Under the pieces are notes generated by a model. That model did not search any database, was not told the DNA's origin, and was given only the letters and a program-made list of their open reading frames with translations. From Anthoceros angustus (Eukaryota > Plantae > Anthocerotophyta): 64,000 nt of DNA. Below, piece after piece: positions 35,001 through 46,500 of this stretch. Both the position numbers and the translations under genes were made by a program. The stretch covers positions 806,001 to 870,000 of the forward strand of contig MU008174.1 in the NCBI GenBank assembly GCA_010909165.1, given 5' to 3'. The number at the start of each line of letters is the position of its first letter. The first letter of the stretch is position 1.

Positions 35001-35169
35001 TTGCAAGGGGCCCTGTCCCTCTCCATGAAAATGAAGTGCACCGCGCTATGCACCCATGATTTCGTGAAGTATTTGGTGAACCAATCCAGCCAAGACTAAG
35101 CCTAAAATGCAACCCCAGTGAACCAGCACCGGAGCTGAATGTTGGGCAAACAATAGTTGCCACATCCAT
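32062..35169 (-). CDS. PLS-class PPR protein, E1-E2 plus truncated WW-type end; PPR-2
   Basis: ORF of about 1035 aa with PLS triplets and one SS motif. It ends WKQPGQCWWTD..VHNFLVGD..KDI*. First ATG at 35169. Confidence 0.95.
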   Translation of the reverse strand: MDVATIVCPTFSSGAGSLGLHFRLSLGWIGSPNTSRNHGCIARCTSFSWRGTGPLARDCLCPAHASNWSMPDDGCLSRPAGYERRVMAESVSELCEQGQLTEAVEALGVLVQTDCRVSRTLFYSVIKKCAVEKDLVVGRCVHALTVRVGYESDTFLCNHILRMYASQGRLQEAMEVFSVVAVPDAFMWSSIISAHVTHGQAQQAIQLYRDMRGSSVKPDGHVFAAALQACAKMGDLETGQQVHADVLARDTEPHLIVANCLVDMYAKCGSLKDARRVFDGLRQRDVVTWTALIAGYSQQGMGEEALDLYGAMQEEGVAAPNAVTFVSLLQACAIVGSPALERGKQLHAQTTERALETDVSVANSLVNMYAKCGSLEDAQRMFDGLGQKDVVTWTALLAGYSHQGMGQEALQLYSAMQEEGVAAPNAVTFLSLLQACASVGTPALEKGKQLHAEIREQGLEVHVLVGSGLVNMYAKCGCLEDAQRVFDGLAYKDVVTWTALIAGYSQQGMGQEALQIYSVMQEESISAPNAVTFVSLLQACASVGTLALEKGKYLHQQIVERGLKLDVVVGCSLVNMYAKCGSLEHAQDVFDGLRQKNVVTWTTLITGYAKSGKLQDAQRMFDQLPEKDVVTWNAVIAGYSQQGMGQEALSLYSIMQDEDLVAPDCVTYVSLLQACASVGTLALEKGKELHAQIRERRLQADVFVANSLVYMYAKCGSLADAQRIFDGLAQKDVVTWNAMISGYSQQGMGQEALCLYKAMQEGSIIAPDSVTYVCLLKACANVAALHVGRQLHAQIEEQGLHADVLVAASLINMYSKVGSMVDAQQVFDTLIERDDVVWNSLIAGYTCQGDSKGVFDLFRRMRKDGIQPTGITFLSVLTVCSHKGLVHEGQQYFKAMSRLYGITPTAEHYTCMVDLLGRAGQLEEAVDLLRTIPVQPNAAVWHALLGACQKWGNVELGYHAFDEAVKVDKMDAAAYLLMSNIYTGAQMWEQAHEMQTRRTGIRAWKQPGQCWWTDMDGLVHNFLVGDEGLPRVKDI

Positions 35170-35556
35170 CCGCCTTTGCAGAGACAACCTGTTTCCACAA
35201 GCTCAAGTTTTGCAGCAGGCATCGCTACACCCCCCAGTGGATACGTGCCAGATTATTGAAGTGTGTCTGTCAACTCCCAAATTCAAACCTACATGATAGA
35301 CACGTTTCTTCTCGTAAGCAACTCCTCCACGCAGCCCACAGAATCAGACAAGTTCCGACTCCCCAGGCTGGCTGGCATGGTCGACCCAACAGCCCAACCA
35401 TCTGTTCATTGAGGGGCGACCCACCTCATCCAGCCGCGATGGCACAGAGCCGGTTGCCACGTCCGTTCCGATTCATACTACATATCTGTAACGCTTTTTG
35501 AAAACAAATCAGCCATCTCGAATACATGAACTTCAGACCGGAGGTGATCACATCGG

Positions 35557-38050
35557 GTAGATATATTTCTCATCAAAGAGGTCTCCCTCGGGTGAAGATC
35601 GCGTAGATATATTTCTCATACAAGAGGTCTCTCTCGGGTGAAGAGAGCTGAGGGAAGTTAACAGGAGACTTTATTACGAAAAGGAGATCGGAAAACCATC
35701 TACCCAAGACAAGGGGACAATCCTCATCAGGGCACTAGACCATAGGGGGACTAACCTCCATTGCTGTGGCCAATGTTGTAATTGTTTACTGCACCAAGGA
35801 TATCAAAATCGGGATGCTGTGTTGTAACCCTATTGCATCAAGTATATCAAAATTGGGAATTTGGGAAGCAGCACTGCAATAACTTATATTATTTAAAAAT
35901 CCATAAAAATAATGAAAAACTCTGGTAGACCTTAAATAGCTAATTCTATGATTAAAAAGGTTGTAAAAATACAAATATACACAAACGTATTGCCTGGGTT
36001 GGCCTACAAAAGAAGGATAACTTCCGTTCCCTTAAGTGGGAGGGTGCGGTCCATATCCGACTCCAGGCATCACCATGACAACATATGAGAGAAAGCGCAC
36101 CCATCACCGCCACGGGCAAGAGTGATTGCTTCAGCTCTGTCAATCATATGCAAGAGGTTGCTTGACCATTTGCAGCTCATATTGTCGGTATTTAAGCTCA
36201 TATTGTCGGTATTTAAACTCATATTGTCTGTATTTAAAAAGCAAAAAACTGTCTCATATTGCCTGTATTTAAAAAGCAAAAAACTGTCTGTCATCTACCA
36301 AAATTTAAAAAGCAAAGTCCTGGCATTTCTGTATGTTGTCTTTCAGTCATAATATAACCAAGGGTACAAGAGACTCCTCATTGCCTTTGAGGAGGATAAC
36401 TCAGTTACAATACAACAAATAGTATTTACAAGACAACAAATAGTATTTACAAGACAACAAATGGTAATTACAAGAGACTCTTCATTGTCTTTGACGAGAG
36501 ATAACTCACTGACTCTTCGGTTGATGAACAATCTCATAGTCTATGAAATATGATTGGGGCTCTAGACTTCTCAAGCGATGAAACAAGATTGCGGCTCTCC
36601 ACTTGAGAAGGATGAAACAAGATTGTGGCTCTCCACTTGAGAAGGATGAAACAAGATTGCGGCTCTCCACTTAAGAAGGATGAAACAAGATTGCGGCTCT
36701 CCACTTCTTCTCAGGTGATGAAATAGGATTGCTCTCGACTTGAGAAGAAGGCTTGGGGCGAGAGAAAAGTCACCTCCAAGCCCCATATATTTCTTTCAAA
36801 TCAAGAGTTCCAGTCTTGTCCACCTTATTATGCTTGATGTAGCCTTGGAAATTTCTTCTGGGATCTCACAGTCAATGAAATACCCTAGCAATCTCCCACA
36901 ATCCATGAAATAGCATAACAATCTCCCAGTCGATGAATTAGGATCGGGACTGTCGATTTGAGAGCAACGCTTGGGGCAAGAGAGAAGTCACCTCCACGCC
37001 ACAAGAGTTTTGTCGATTTGAGAGCAACGCTTGGGGCAAGAGAGAAGTCACCTCCACGCCACAAGAGTTTTTCTCAAATCGAGAGCCCTGATCTTGCCCA
37101 CCTTGTTAATATGCATAATATACAGAATGTAACTTTGGAAATCCTGCCCACCTTGGCATCCATAATGTACACATAGAAATCCTACTCTTGCATGACCTTG
37201 TCAAGATTATGGCTTGATAAGGTATTGGGAGGGCATGACTTATAAGTGTATATGATGCACGACAAGGTATAGAGGCGGGAAAATGATGGTATAAGCAAGT
37301 TCAAGGGTGAAGGCGCCTACGCTACCACGACTGTAACTCAGCAGGGGAAATGATGGTGTAAGCAAGTTCAAGGGTGAAGGCGCCTACGCTACCACGATGG
37401 TAACTCAGCACTATGCAGAACCACTGTAACTCAGCACTACGCACAACAAACAAAGCGCCTCAGCATTATGCACAACAAACAAAGCGCCATAGCCCACAAC
37501 AAACAAAGCACCTCGGCGCTACGCACAACAAACAAAGCATCGCAGCACTATCGACAACAAACAAAACCAAAGCACCTCAGCACTATCGACAACAACCAAA
37601 ACCAAAGCACCTCAGCACTATCGACAACAACCAAAACCAAAGCACCTCAGCACTGCGCACAACAAACAAAGCACCACAACACTATCCACAACAAACAAAG
37701 CCAAAGCGCCTCGACACTGCACACAACAAACAAAGAACTACGCACAGCAAACATATACTCTTGCTATGAACAACGGCATCTTCCATGACAACTTCTCGAA
37801 TATTTATACACTAGGAGTGCCACTCCTAAAACTCTAAACACCATCATGTTATTTTGACAACTTGGACAACCCTAAGTGTCATGCTACCTTTGAGAACTCT
37901 ATAGAATCCTAAACTTTTTGACAACTCCACACAACCCTAATCACTATCATGTTACTCTTGACACCTTTAAACAATGTGAAATGATATTCTTGATAACTCT
38001 AAACGCCATAATATTACTTTGATAACTCTAAACAACCCTACAACTTTAAC
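35557..38050. repeat. Mosaic of short tandem duplications (probable degenerate transposon or LTR segment)
   Basis: 2x46 bp (35557), about 3x21 bp (36175), about 3x21 bp (36411), 4x34 bp (36577-36706), 2x60 bp (36952), 2x about 68 bp (37277), a CAA-rich array (37430-37760) and TTGACAACT-type repeats to about 38050. Confidence 0.85.
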
Positions 38051-38449
38051 AACTCTAAATAATCCCAATTGTCACCTGGCAGCACCTGGCAGCAGCTGCG
38101 CTTGACACCTTTACGGAGGACAATTAGGGTTCCAACGTTCCAACACTGTTCGGGAGTTCGGGACCAAAAACATCGGTACAATTGTTCCCTGCGTGGAGAG
38201 ACAGACATTCATAAATGTATATTCATCGAGACAGCCGAGGTCACAACTCTAAGATAGTTGATTTATCAACAACAAGCTCAACAACAAGCTTCGACGTCCA
38301 CCTCAAATTCAGGTTTCAAACTCACCATAGGTGATGACGGAGGTGGTAGGGGTTTGATGTTCAACATCTGTGCCTTCTATAGTGCTCTTGAGCCAGCAGT
38401 GCCAATGGAAGGCCGGTCTCCTGTTAAGATCTTCCCATTGGAAAAGGAA

Positions 38450-38799
38450 TCAGCCAGTAGTCGCGGCACAAGCTCTTGCGCGTTGGAAAGCATTGTGCAA
38501 ACCGTCTATCCGTCTCATAACTGTGTCACTTGTGAAATTGCTGTTGGGAAGTACCGTGCACTCTGCAATCACAGTGGACCACTTGACATCAAGTATGCCA
38601 GCGAGGTATTTGAAACTACAGAGAAGTATGACGAGCTCGACTTGTGCATAACAAGCGTCTGCAAATGAAACGAAAAAGAAGGAACGATGGATCCACTGTT
38701 GGATAATTTGACAATGAATGCACTTCGCTTTTCACCAGAAACCAATGCAATAGTTGCAGCCAGCAAGAGCTGTAGGACGAGGAGCTTCGCCAGCGCCAT
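38450..38799 (-). CDS. Putative small secreted Cys-containing protein (LTP/prolamin-like?), 2 exons, 90 aa
   Basis: Signal-peptide-like MALAKLLVLQLLLAATIALVS, a phase-1 77-bp intron (38735-38659) with a polypyrimidine TTGCAG acceptor, then DACYAQVELVILLCSFKYL..ECTVL..RARACAATTG*. Confidence 0.45.
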
Positions 38800-39032
38800 G
38801 ATGCCATTCGAGATTGTCTGTGATGAAGCTTGATCTTCCATCGCAGCTGGCCAGACCAGCAATATGTAGTAGTCCTGCGCTCCAGAAGAGATTCTGGCAT
38901 AATCCCATTCCATATGTCAAGTACTTGGCCAGCCGTAGGAATCAGGTGGCCAGATATGGGAGCACGAGAGCTTTGCCTTGAAGCCTGCACCGTGCTCATG
39001 GTTATCTAATGCCCTCCCGTCGTATTCCCATG

Positions 39033-42000
39033 TCACCAGCATTCCTTTGCCGTCGCCTTAGAGCATTCCATATACGCCTCTCTGTTCATTTCGGAAAAGA
39101 GCTGTTTCAGCCTAGCATAGATGTGTTCAATCTCAGGATGCCTCTTATCCCCAACCACAAAAATGTGCACCAGTCCTGCATTGTCTGTCCACCAGCTCTG
39201 GCCTGGCTGCTTCCATGCTCTGATTCCTATTCTCCTTGCCTGCATCTCCTCTGCCTGCTCCCACATACAGGCATTTGTGCAGATGTTTGACATCAACACA
39301 TATGCTGCAGCATCTTTCTTGTCTAGCTTCACCGTTTCATCAAAAGCATGGCGTCCCACCTCCACATTATCCCACTTTTGACAAGCACCCAGCAGAGTGC
39401 GCCAAACGGCAGCATTAGGCAGCACAGGCATCGCCCTTACCAAAGCAAGTGCCTCATGGATTCGGCCTGCCCGCCCCAGGAGATCCACCATGCATGTGTA
39501 GTGCTCTACGGTAGGAGTGATGCCGAAGTGTCTGCTCATAGCATTGAAGTATTCTCGCCCCCTGTTCACTAGGCCTGCATGGCTGCACGCTGTTAGTACA
39601 CTGAGGAATGTGATGCTGGCCGGTTGTATGCCATCCTCTCTCATTCTGTGAAACAAGTCCAAGACTCCTGCACTGTCTCCTTGACGGGTGTAACCTGCAA
39701 TCAGTGCATTCCAGGCCACATCATCTCTTTCGGGCATTGCATCAAATACTTGCTGTGCATCAACCATGCTCCCAGACTTTCCGTACATGTTTAACAAACT
39801 GCTGGCTACAAGCACATCACGCTGAAGGCCTTGTTCTTCAATGTGCGCATGTAGCTGCCTTCCCAGATGCAAAGCTGCCACATCTGCACATGCCTGTAGC
39901 AGGCACACAAATGTCACAGAATTGGGTGCCACAATGCCTTCGTCTCGCATAGCACTGTAAAGACGAAGGGCTTCTAGTGCCATGCCCTGCTGCGAATACC
40001 CTTTTATTATGGCACTCCATGACACCACGTTCTTTTGATCAAGTGCGTCAAACACGCCCTGAGCACACTCTAGGCTGCCACACTTTGCATACATATCTAC
40101 CAAACTGCTGGCTACAAACACATCAGATTGAAGCCCTTGTTCTCTGATTTCTGCGTGAAGTTGCTTCCCCTTCCCCAAAGCTGGGGTGCCAACACTGGCA
40201 CATGCCTGCAGGAGAGACACGAATGTCACAGGATCAGGTGCGGTGACGCCTTCTTGTTGCATAGCAATGTGGAGATGAAGGGCTTCCTGACCCATGCCCT
40301 GCTGGGAATATCCTGATATCATGGCATTCCACGTCACCACATTCTTTTGATCCAATCCATCAAACACTTCCTGAGCACTTTCTAGGCTGCCACACTTTGC
40401 ATACATGTTCACTAAACTACTGGCTATAAACACATCGGGTTCAAGTCCTCGTTCTCTAATTTGTGCATGTAGTTGCCTCCCCTTCTCTAGAGCCAAAATG
40501 CCTACACTTGCACATGCCTGCAGGAGGCACACAAATGTTACTGAATCTGGTACAGCCATGCCTTCTTGTAACATGCTATTATATAGATGAAGGGCTTCCT
40601 GGCCCATGCCCTGCCGGGAATAGCCTGCTATCAAAGCAGTCCAGGTCAGAACATTTTTTTGACCAAGCCCACCAAACACGATCTGAGCATCTTCCAAGCA
40701 GCCACACTTTGCGTACATGTTTACCAGGTTGAAACCTAAAACCTCATCAACCTCAAGTCCTTGTTCTCCAATCTGAATATGAAGTTGCTTCCCCTTTTCC
40801 CAAGCCAGGGTGCCAATACTAGCACATGCCTGCAGGAGGGACACAAACGTCAGAGAATCAGGTACAGCGCCGCCTTGTTCTTGCATCGCACTGTAGAGGC
40901 CAAGGGCTTCATGAGCCCTTCCCTGCTGGGAAAATCCTGCTATAAGAGCTGTCCAAGTCACCACATCCTTCTGACCAAGTACATGAAAAAGCCGTTCAGC
41001 ATCTTCCAAGCTGCCACACTTTACATACATATTTACCAAACTGTTGGCCACAAATGCATTTGATTGTAATTGTCCTCTAATTTGCGCATGAAGCTGCCTC
41101 CCCCTTTCCAGAGCTGGAGGGCCCATACTTGCGCAGGCCTGCAGGAGGCACAAAAATGTCACAGAATCAGGTGCAACAATGCCCTCTTCTTGCATAATCC
41201 TGTAGACGCGAAGGGCTTCTGGGCCCATGCCCCGGTGGCTATACCCTGCTATAAGCGCATTCCACGTCACCACATTTTTCTGACCAAGACAGTCAAAGAC
41301 ACCTTGAGCATCTTCCAGGCTGCCACACTTTGCATACATGTTCACCAGGCTGCAACCTACAATAGCATCGACTTCAAGCATTAGTTCTCCAATATGTGCA
41401 TGAAGCTGCTTCCCATTTTCTAGAGCGACGGTGCCCAAACTTGCACATGCCTGCAAGAGTGACACCAGTGTCACGGAATCAGGTACAACAATGCCTCCTT
41501 CTTGCATAGCACTGTAGAGATGAAGAGCTTCTTGACCCATACCCTGCTGTGCATATCCTGCTATAAGAGCAGTCCACGTCACCACATCTTTTTTGCACAG
41601 TCCATCAAAGACTCTCTGAGCCTCTTCCAAGCGGCCACACTTTGCATACATGTTTACCAAACTGTTGGCCACACACACATCCGCTTGATGTCCACGTTGG
41701 ATGATTTCTGCATGAAGCTGCTTCCCCCTCTCCAAACCCGGGGTGCCCACACTTGCACAAGCCTGGAGGAGGCACAAAAATGTCACAGTATCAGGCGAAA
41801 CCGTGCTGTCTTCTTGCATAGCACTGTAGAGAAAAAAGGCTTCTCGGGCCATGCCCTGCTGGGAGTACCCTCCTATCATGGCATTCCAGGTCAACACATT
41901 TTTCCGACCAAGCCCATCAAACACACCCTGAGCGTCCCCTAGGCTCCCACACTTCGCATACATGTTTACCAGGCTGCATCCTACAACAACATCGACCATA

Positions 42001-42749
42001 ACTCCTCCTTCCCCCATCTGTGCAGTTCCCAACACGTCAGCATGCACCTGCTGCCCAGCTGTCAAGTCCCTAGCCCTTGCACAAGCTTGAAGAGCTGCTG
42101 CAAATACATGCCCATCTGGCTTCACACCTGACCTGCGCATCCGACGATACAGTTGTATGGCCTGCTTAGCCTCTCCATGGTTAACATGTGAAGAAATTAT
42201 GGATGACCACATGAAAGCATCTGGCTTGGCAACAAAGGTGAACGCATCCATCGCTTCCTGCAACATGGCATGAGAGGCATACATTCGCATGATGTGATTG
42301 CACAAGAACGAGTCCGAGCCATACCCCCGCTCCACGACGAGAGCATGGACACGGCGACCCAGAACCAGATCCCTCTGCACCACACATTTCTTGATGACTG
42401 TGTAAAATACAGATCGAGCTATAAGACAATCTATCTGCACCAGCAGTCCCAGAGCCTCAACAGCCTCACTGATCTGCGCCTGCTGGCATAGCTGTCTCAC
42501 GCTTTCAGCAGTCACTCCTTGTTCATACGCTGCAGGCCTACGCTCATCCGGGCAGTCCGATGCAAGGGCACCAAATCCAGTATGCATACCCGGTCCGCAC
42601 CTTGAGGTGAGACCACCACCAGCTTTGTTCCTGGAGAATCTGGCACTCCACCCATGTTTCGTTCCCGCGTCTACAAGAGCTGTAGCTCCAGGAAGCCCTC
42701 TGTGTGTGTGATGCGCGACGCGGCAGGCAGCAATCACCCGCAGAAGCAT
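39033..42749 (-). CDS. PLS-class PPR protein, E1-E2 plus truncated WW-type end; PPR-3
   Basis: ORF of about 1240 aa with eight S motifs after the N-terminal cap. It ends WKQPGQSWWTD..GDKRHPEIEHIYARL..ECW* without HxE. Confidence 0.95.
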   Translation of the reverse strand: MLLRVIAACRVAHHTHRGLPGATALVDAGTKHGWSARFSRNKAGGGLTSRCGPGMHTGFGALASDCPDERRPAAYEQGVTAESVRQLCQQAQISEAVEALGLLVQIDCLIARSVFYTVIKKCVVQRDLVLGRRVHALVVERGYGSDSFLCNHIMRMYASHAMLQEAMDAFTFVAKPDAFMWSSIISSHVNHGEAKQAIQLYRRMRRSGVKPDGHVFAAALQACARARDLTAGQQVHADVLGTAQMGEGGVMVDVVVGCSLVNMYAKCGSLGDAQGVFDGLGRKNVLTWNAMIGGYSQQGMAREAFFLYSAMQEDSTVSPDTVTFLCLLQACASVGTPGLERGKQLHAEIIQRGHQADVCVANSLVNMYAKCGRLEEAQRVFDGLCKKDVVTWTALIAGYAQQGMGQEALHLYSAMQEGGIVVPDSVTLVSLLQACASLGTVALENGKQLHAHIGELMLEVDAIVGCSLVNMYAKCGSLEDAQGVFDCLGQKNVVTWNALIAGYSHRGMGPEALRVYRIMQEEGIVAPDSVTFLCLLQACASMGPPALERGRQLHAQIRGQLQSNAFVANSLVNMYVKCGSLEDAERLFHVLGQKDVVTWTALIAGFSQQGRAHEALGLYSAMQEQGGAVPDSLTFVSLLQACASIGTLAWEKGKQLHIQIGEQGLEVDEVLGFNLVNMYAKCGCLEDAQIVFGGLGQKNVLTWTALIAGYSRQGMGQEALHLYNSMLQEGMAVPDSVTFVCLLQACASVGILALEKGRQLHAQIRERGLEPDVFIASSLVNMYAKCGSLESAQEVFDGLDQKNVVTWNAMISGYSQQGMGQEALHLHIAMQQEGVTAPDPVTFVSLLQACASVGTPALGKGKQLHAEIREQGLQSDVFVASSLVDMYAKCGSLECAQGVFDALDQKNVVSWSAIIKGYSQQGMALEALRLYSAMRDEGIVAPNSVTFVCLLQACADVAALHLGRQLHAHIEEQGLQRDVLVASSLLNMYGKSGSMVDAQQVFDAMPERDDVAWNALIAGYTRQGDSAGVLDLFHRMREDGIQPASITFLSVLTACSHAGLVNRGREYFNAMSRHFGITPTVEHYTCMVDLLGRAGRIHEALALVRAMPVLPNAAVWRTLLGACQKWDNVEVGRHAFDETVKLDKKDAAAYVLMSNICTNACMWEQAEEMQARRIGIRAWKQPGQSWWTDNAGLVHIFVVGDKRHPEIEHIYARLKQLFSEMNREAYMECSKATAKECW

Positions 42750-43049
42750 ACCAGGAACCTGTGGATTCAAGCGTGAACACACAACCCAGCTCGGTCACGG
42801 CAGCTGGGCCAGTTCCACAGATCGTTGAGTCCATATCCACATGCGTTAGCACAGATCCGCGAGGGCTTCAGCAATCTCGACTTCAGGAGGCCTGGGGCAG
42901 CTCAGACCGCAGTTTGGCGACCACTTCTGCCTAGCGTTAAACCAACCAACGATGAACAGTCTGATAGGATCTAGCCTGCAAAGACTATTTGACAGACACG
43001 TGCAAAACAGACGATGTACGTCTCAAACATCTATGAGGTCGTCTCAATA

Positions 43050-43122
43050 TTCCGTTGCCGGGACTCGAACCCGGGTCGCTCGGGTGAGAGCCGAGTATCC
43101 TAACCGTCTAGACTACAACGGA
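43050..43122 (-). tRNA. tRNA-Glu(CUC)
   Basis: Reverse complement TCCGTTGTAGTCTAGACGGTTAGGATACTCGGCTCTCACCCGAGCGACCCGGGTTCGAGTCCCGGCAACGGA: 7-bp acceptor stem, CTC anticodon, GTTCGAGTC T-loop. Confidence 0.96.
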
Positions 43123-43580
43123 TTGATGTCTGCGTCTAAGTAATTATTAAATAAGTTTAATAAAATTGGTACATTTTCAAGCCTGCCCCCATAGCCCAAG
43201 GGGTGAGCCACATATGTACATACATTGATAGGCATCTGGCTTCACAGTTTGTTCTACGGATTCGGATGCTGCTTGTCTGACTGAAACTGCAGCTCTCCAG
43301 ACAACCATGTCTAAAACCTGGAACGTTGGAAATTGGAATGTTTATCGCTGGGAGCAGCAGACTTGCGAATGCTGATTTTTGTCGTTTGTTCGTCTTTCGG
43401 TAACTGTCCAGGATAGCAGCACGCAGTAGGAGCAAGCAATCCATCCAGTGATTCTTCCACTGCTTGGGTTGCTTATGTCTCTCTGTCCAAGCATCATGTG
43501 TGCTGGACGATCTCTCCCGAGTAACAACGGAAGTGCACTGGTATGTACAGGGGACACAGGTTCAGCGTGTGCTTCCACAG

Positions 43581-46500
43581 ATGATGGCTGCCTGCCGCGT
43601 TGCACTCAATTCACGGAAAGGGCGAGGGCCTCTTGTGGGGACAGCGTTCGTGACCCCGGCAAGCAGAGAATGGTGGGATTACGGTTACTGTAAGAAAAGC
43701 TGCGCAGGCCTGACTTCAACCTGCGAATCGGTGGGCACATTTTGTGAGCAAGGGCAGGTCAATGAGGCTGTTGAGGCTTTGGGAGTACTGGTGCAGACAG
43801 ACAGTCGGATCTGTCACTCTCTGTTTTACACTGTGCTCAGAAGCTGTATGTTTCAGAAGGATCTGGTTCTGGGTCGCCGTGTTCATGCCTTCATCGTGGA
43901 GCAGGGGTATGAGTCGGACACGTTCCTGTGCAACCACCTCCTGCGAATGTATTCTTTCCAAGCCAGGTTGCAAGAAGCGATGGATGTGTTTTCTCTGGTT
44001 GTCAAGCCAGATGCCTTCATGTGGTCTTCCATGATGTCTGCACATGTCAACCATGGACAGGCTAAGCAGGCCATAGAACTGTACCATCAGATGCGTAGGT
44101 CAAGTGTGAAGCCAGATGGGCATGTTTTTGTGGCAGCCCTTCAGGCTTGTTCTAGGGGAGGGGACTTGAGAGCTGGGCAGCAGGTGCATGCTGATGTGTT
44201 GGCCAGTGGCGGTGAGCCCCACTTGTGTGTCGGTAATGGCTTGGTGGACATGTATGCAAAGTGTGGCAGTTTGGAAGACGCCCAGAAAGTGTTTGACGGA
44301 CTTGGTCAGAAAGATGTGGTGACATGGAATGCCATAATAGCAGGGTACTCCCAGCAGAGCATGATGCAGGAAGCACTTCGTCTATACAGGGCTATGGAAG
44401 AGGAAGGCACGGTGGCACCCGATTCTGTGACATATGTGTGCCTCCTGCAGGCATGTGCAAGTGTGGACACCCCAGCGTTGGAGACAGGGAAGCAACTTCA
44501 TGCACAAATCAGAGAACGGGGACTTCAAGCTAATGTGTTTGTAGCCAACAGTTTGGTAAACATGTATGCAAAATGTGGCAGCCTGAAGGAGGCTCAACGA
44601 GTCTTTGATGAACTCGGTAAAAAGGATGTGGTCACCTGGACAGCTCTGATTGCAGGGTACTCCCGGCAGGGAATGGGTCAGGAAGCCCTCCATCTATACA
44701 GTGCTATGCAAGAAGAAGGTATTGCTGTACCCAACACTGTGACATTTGTGTCTCTCCTACAGGCATGCGCGAGCGTGGGTACCCCAGCTTTGGATCAGGG
44801 AAAAAGGCTCCACGCACAGATTGGCCAAAGGGGACTTCAAGCTGATGTCTTCGTAGCCAACAGTTTGGTTCACATGTACGCAAAGTGTGGCAGCTTGGAC
44901 GATGCTCAGCATGTCTTTGATGGACTTGGTCACAAAGATGTTGTAACGTGGACAGCTTTGCTCGCAGGATATTCCCAGCAGGGCCTCGGTCGGGAAGCCC
45001 TTCATCTTTTCGCAGCCATGCAAGAAGAAGGCATTGCTGTACCCAATTCTGTGACATTTTTGTCTCTCCTGCAGGCATGTGCCAGTGTGGGTACCCCGGC
45101 TTTGGAGACGGGGAAGCGGCTTCATGCACAAATCGGACAACAAGGGGTTCAGGGTAATGTGCTTGTAGCCAACAGTCTGGTGAACATGTATGCAAAATGT
45201 GGCAGCTTGGAAGATGCTCAAACGTTATTTGACGGGCTTCCTCAGAAAGATGTGGTTACATGGAATGCCATGATCGCCGGATACTCCCATCAGGGCATGG
45301 GCAAGGAAGCCCTTCGACTCTACCGCGCTATGCAAGACGACGGCATTGTCGCTCCCGATTCTGTAACTTTCGTGTGCGGCCTGCAGGCATGTGCAAGTCT
45401 CGGCAGCCCGGCATTGGAGAAGGGCAAGCAGCTTCATGCACATATCGCACAACGAGGACTTGAAGAAGCAGATTTGTTTGTAGCCAACAGTCTGGTTAAC
45501 ATGTATGCAAAGTGTGGCAGCTTGGAAGATGCTCAAAGAGTATTCGATGGACTTGGTCAGAAGGATACGATAACGTGGGCAGCTTTGTTAGCAGGATACT
45601 CCCAGCATGGCATGGGTCAGGAAGCTCTTCATTTGTACAACACCATGCAGGATGACGGCACTGCTGTACCCGATTCTGCAACTTTTGCGTCATTGCTGCA
45701 GTCATGTGCAAGTGTGGGAATCCCGGCCTTGGAAGTTGGGAAGCAACTTCATGCACAGATAAGAGAACGAGGCCTCGAGGCTGATGCGGGTTTAGGTAGC
45801 GGCCTGGTGAACATGTATGTTAAGTGTGGCAGCTTAGAACAAGCACAGATCGTGTTCGACAGGATGAGCGAAAAAAATGTTGTACTGTGGACTGCTCTGA
45901 TATCAGGATATTCCCAGCAGGGCAGAGGTCAGGAAGCTCTTCGTCTTCACCGCGCCATGAAAGAAGAAGGCTTGACCGCTCCCGATGCTATCACATACGC
46001 TTGCCTCCTGCAGGCATGTGCAAGTGTGGGAACCCCGGCTTTGGAGGCGGGCAAGCAGCTTCATGCGCAAATTAAAGACGACGGTTTTCAAGCTGATGTG
46101 TTTGTAGCCAGCAGTTTGATCAACATGTATGCAAAGTGTGGCAGCATGGAGGATGCTCGGTGCGTGTTCGACGGGCTTGAAGAGAAGACTGTTGTGACAT
46201 GGAATGCCATGGTAGCAGGCTACTCCCGGCAAGGAATGGGCCAGGAAGCGCTTCATCTTCACAGAGCTATGCAAGAAGAAGGCATACCTGACTCTGTCAC
46301 GTTCGTATCTCTTCTACAGGCATGTGCAAGTGTAGGCACTCCAGCTTTGCACCAAGGGAAGCAGCTTCATGCGCAGATCCGACAAGCAGAGCTTCAAAAT
46401 GATGTCTTTGTGGCCAGTAGCTTGATAAACATGTACGCCAAGTGCGGCAGCCTGGAGGATGCCGAGGACGTCTTCAACAGAGTTGCTGAAAAAACTGTAG

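Noticed and set aside
36577-36706. 4 x 34-bp repeat resembling a CRISPR array in unit length
   Set aside because: The units are directly adjacent with no unique spacers, the context is eukaryotic, and no cas genes are present.
38258-38668. Plus-strand 136-aa ORF
   Set aside because: It has a non-ATG start and no motif, and it overlaps the better-supported minus-strand spliced model.
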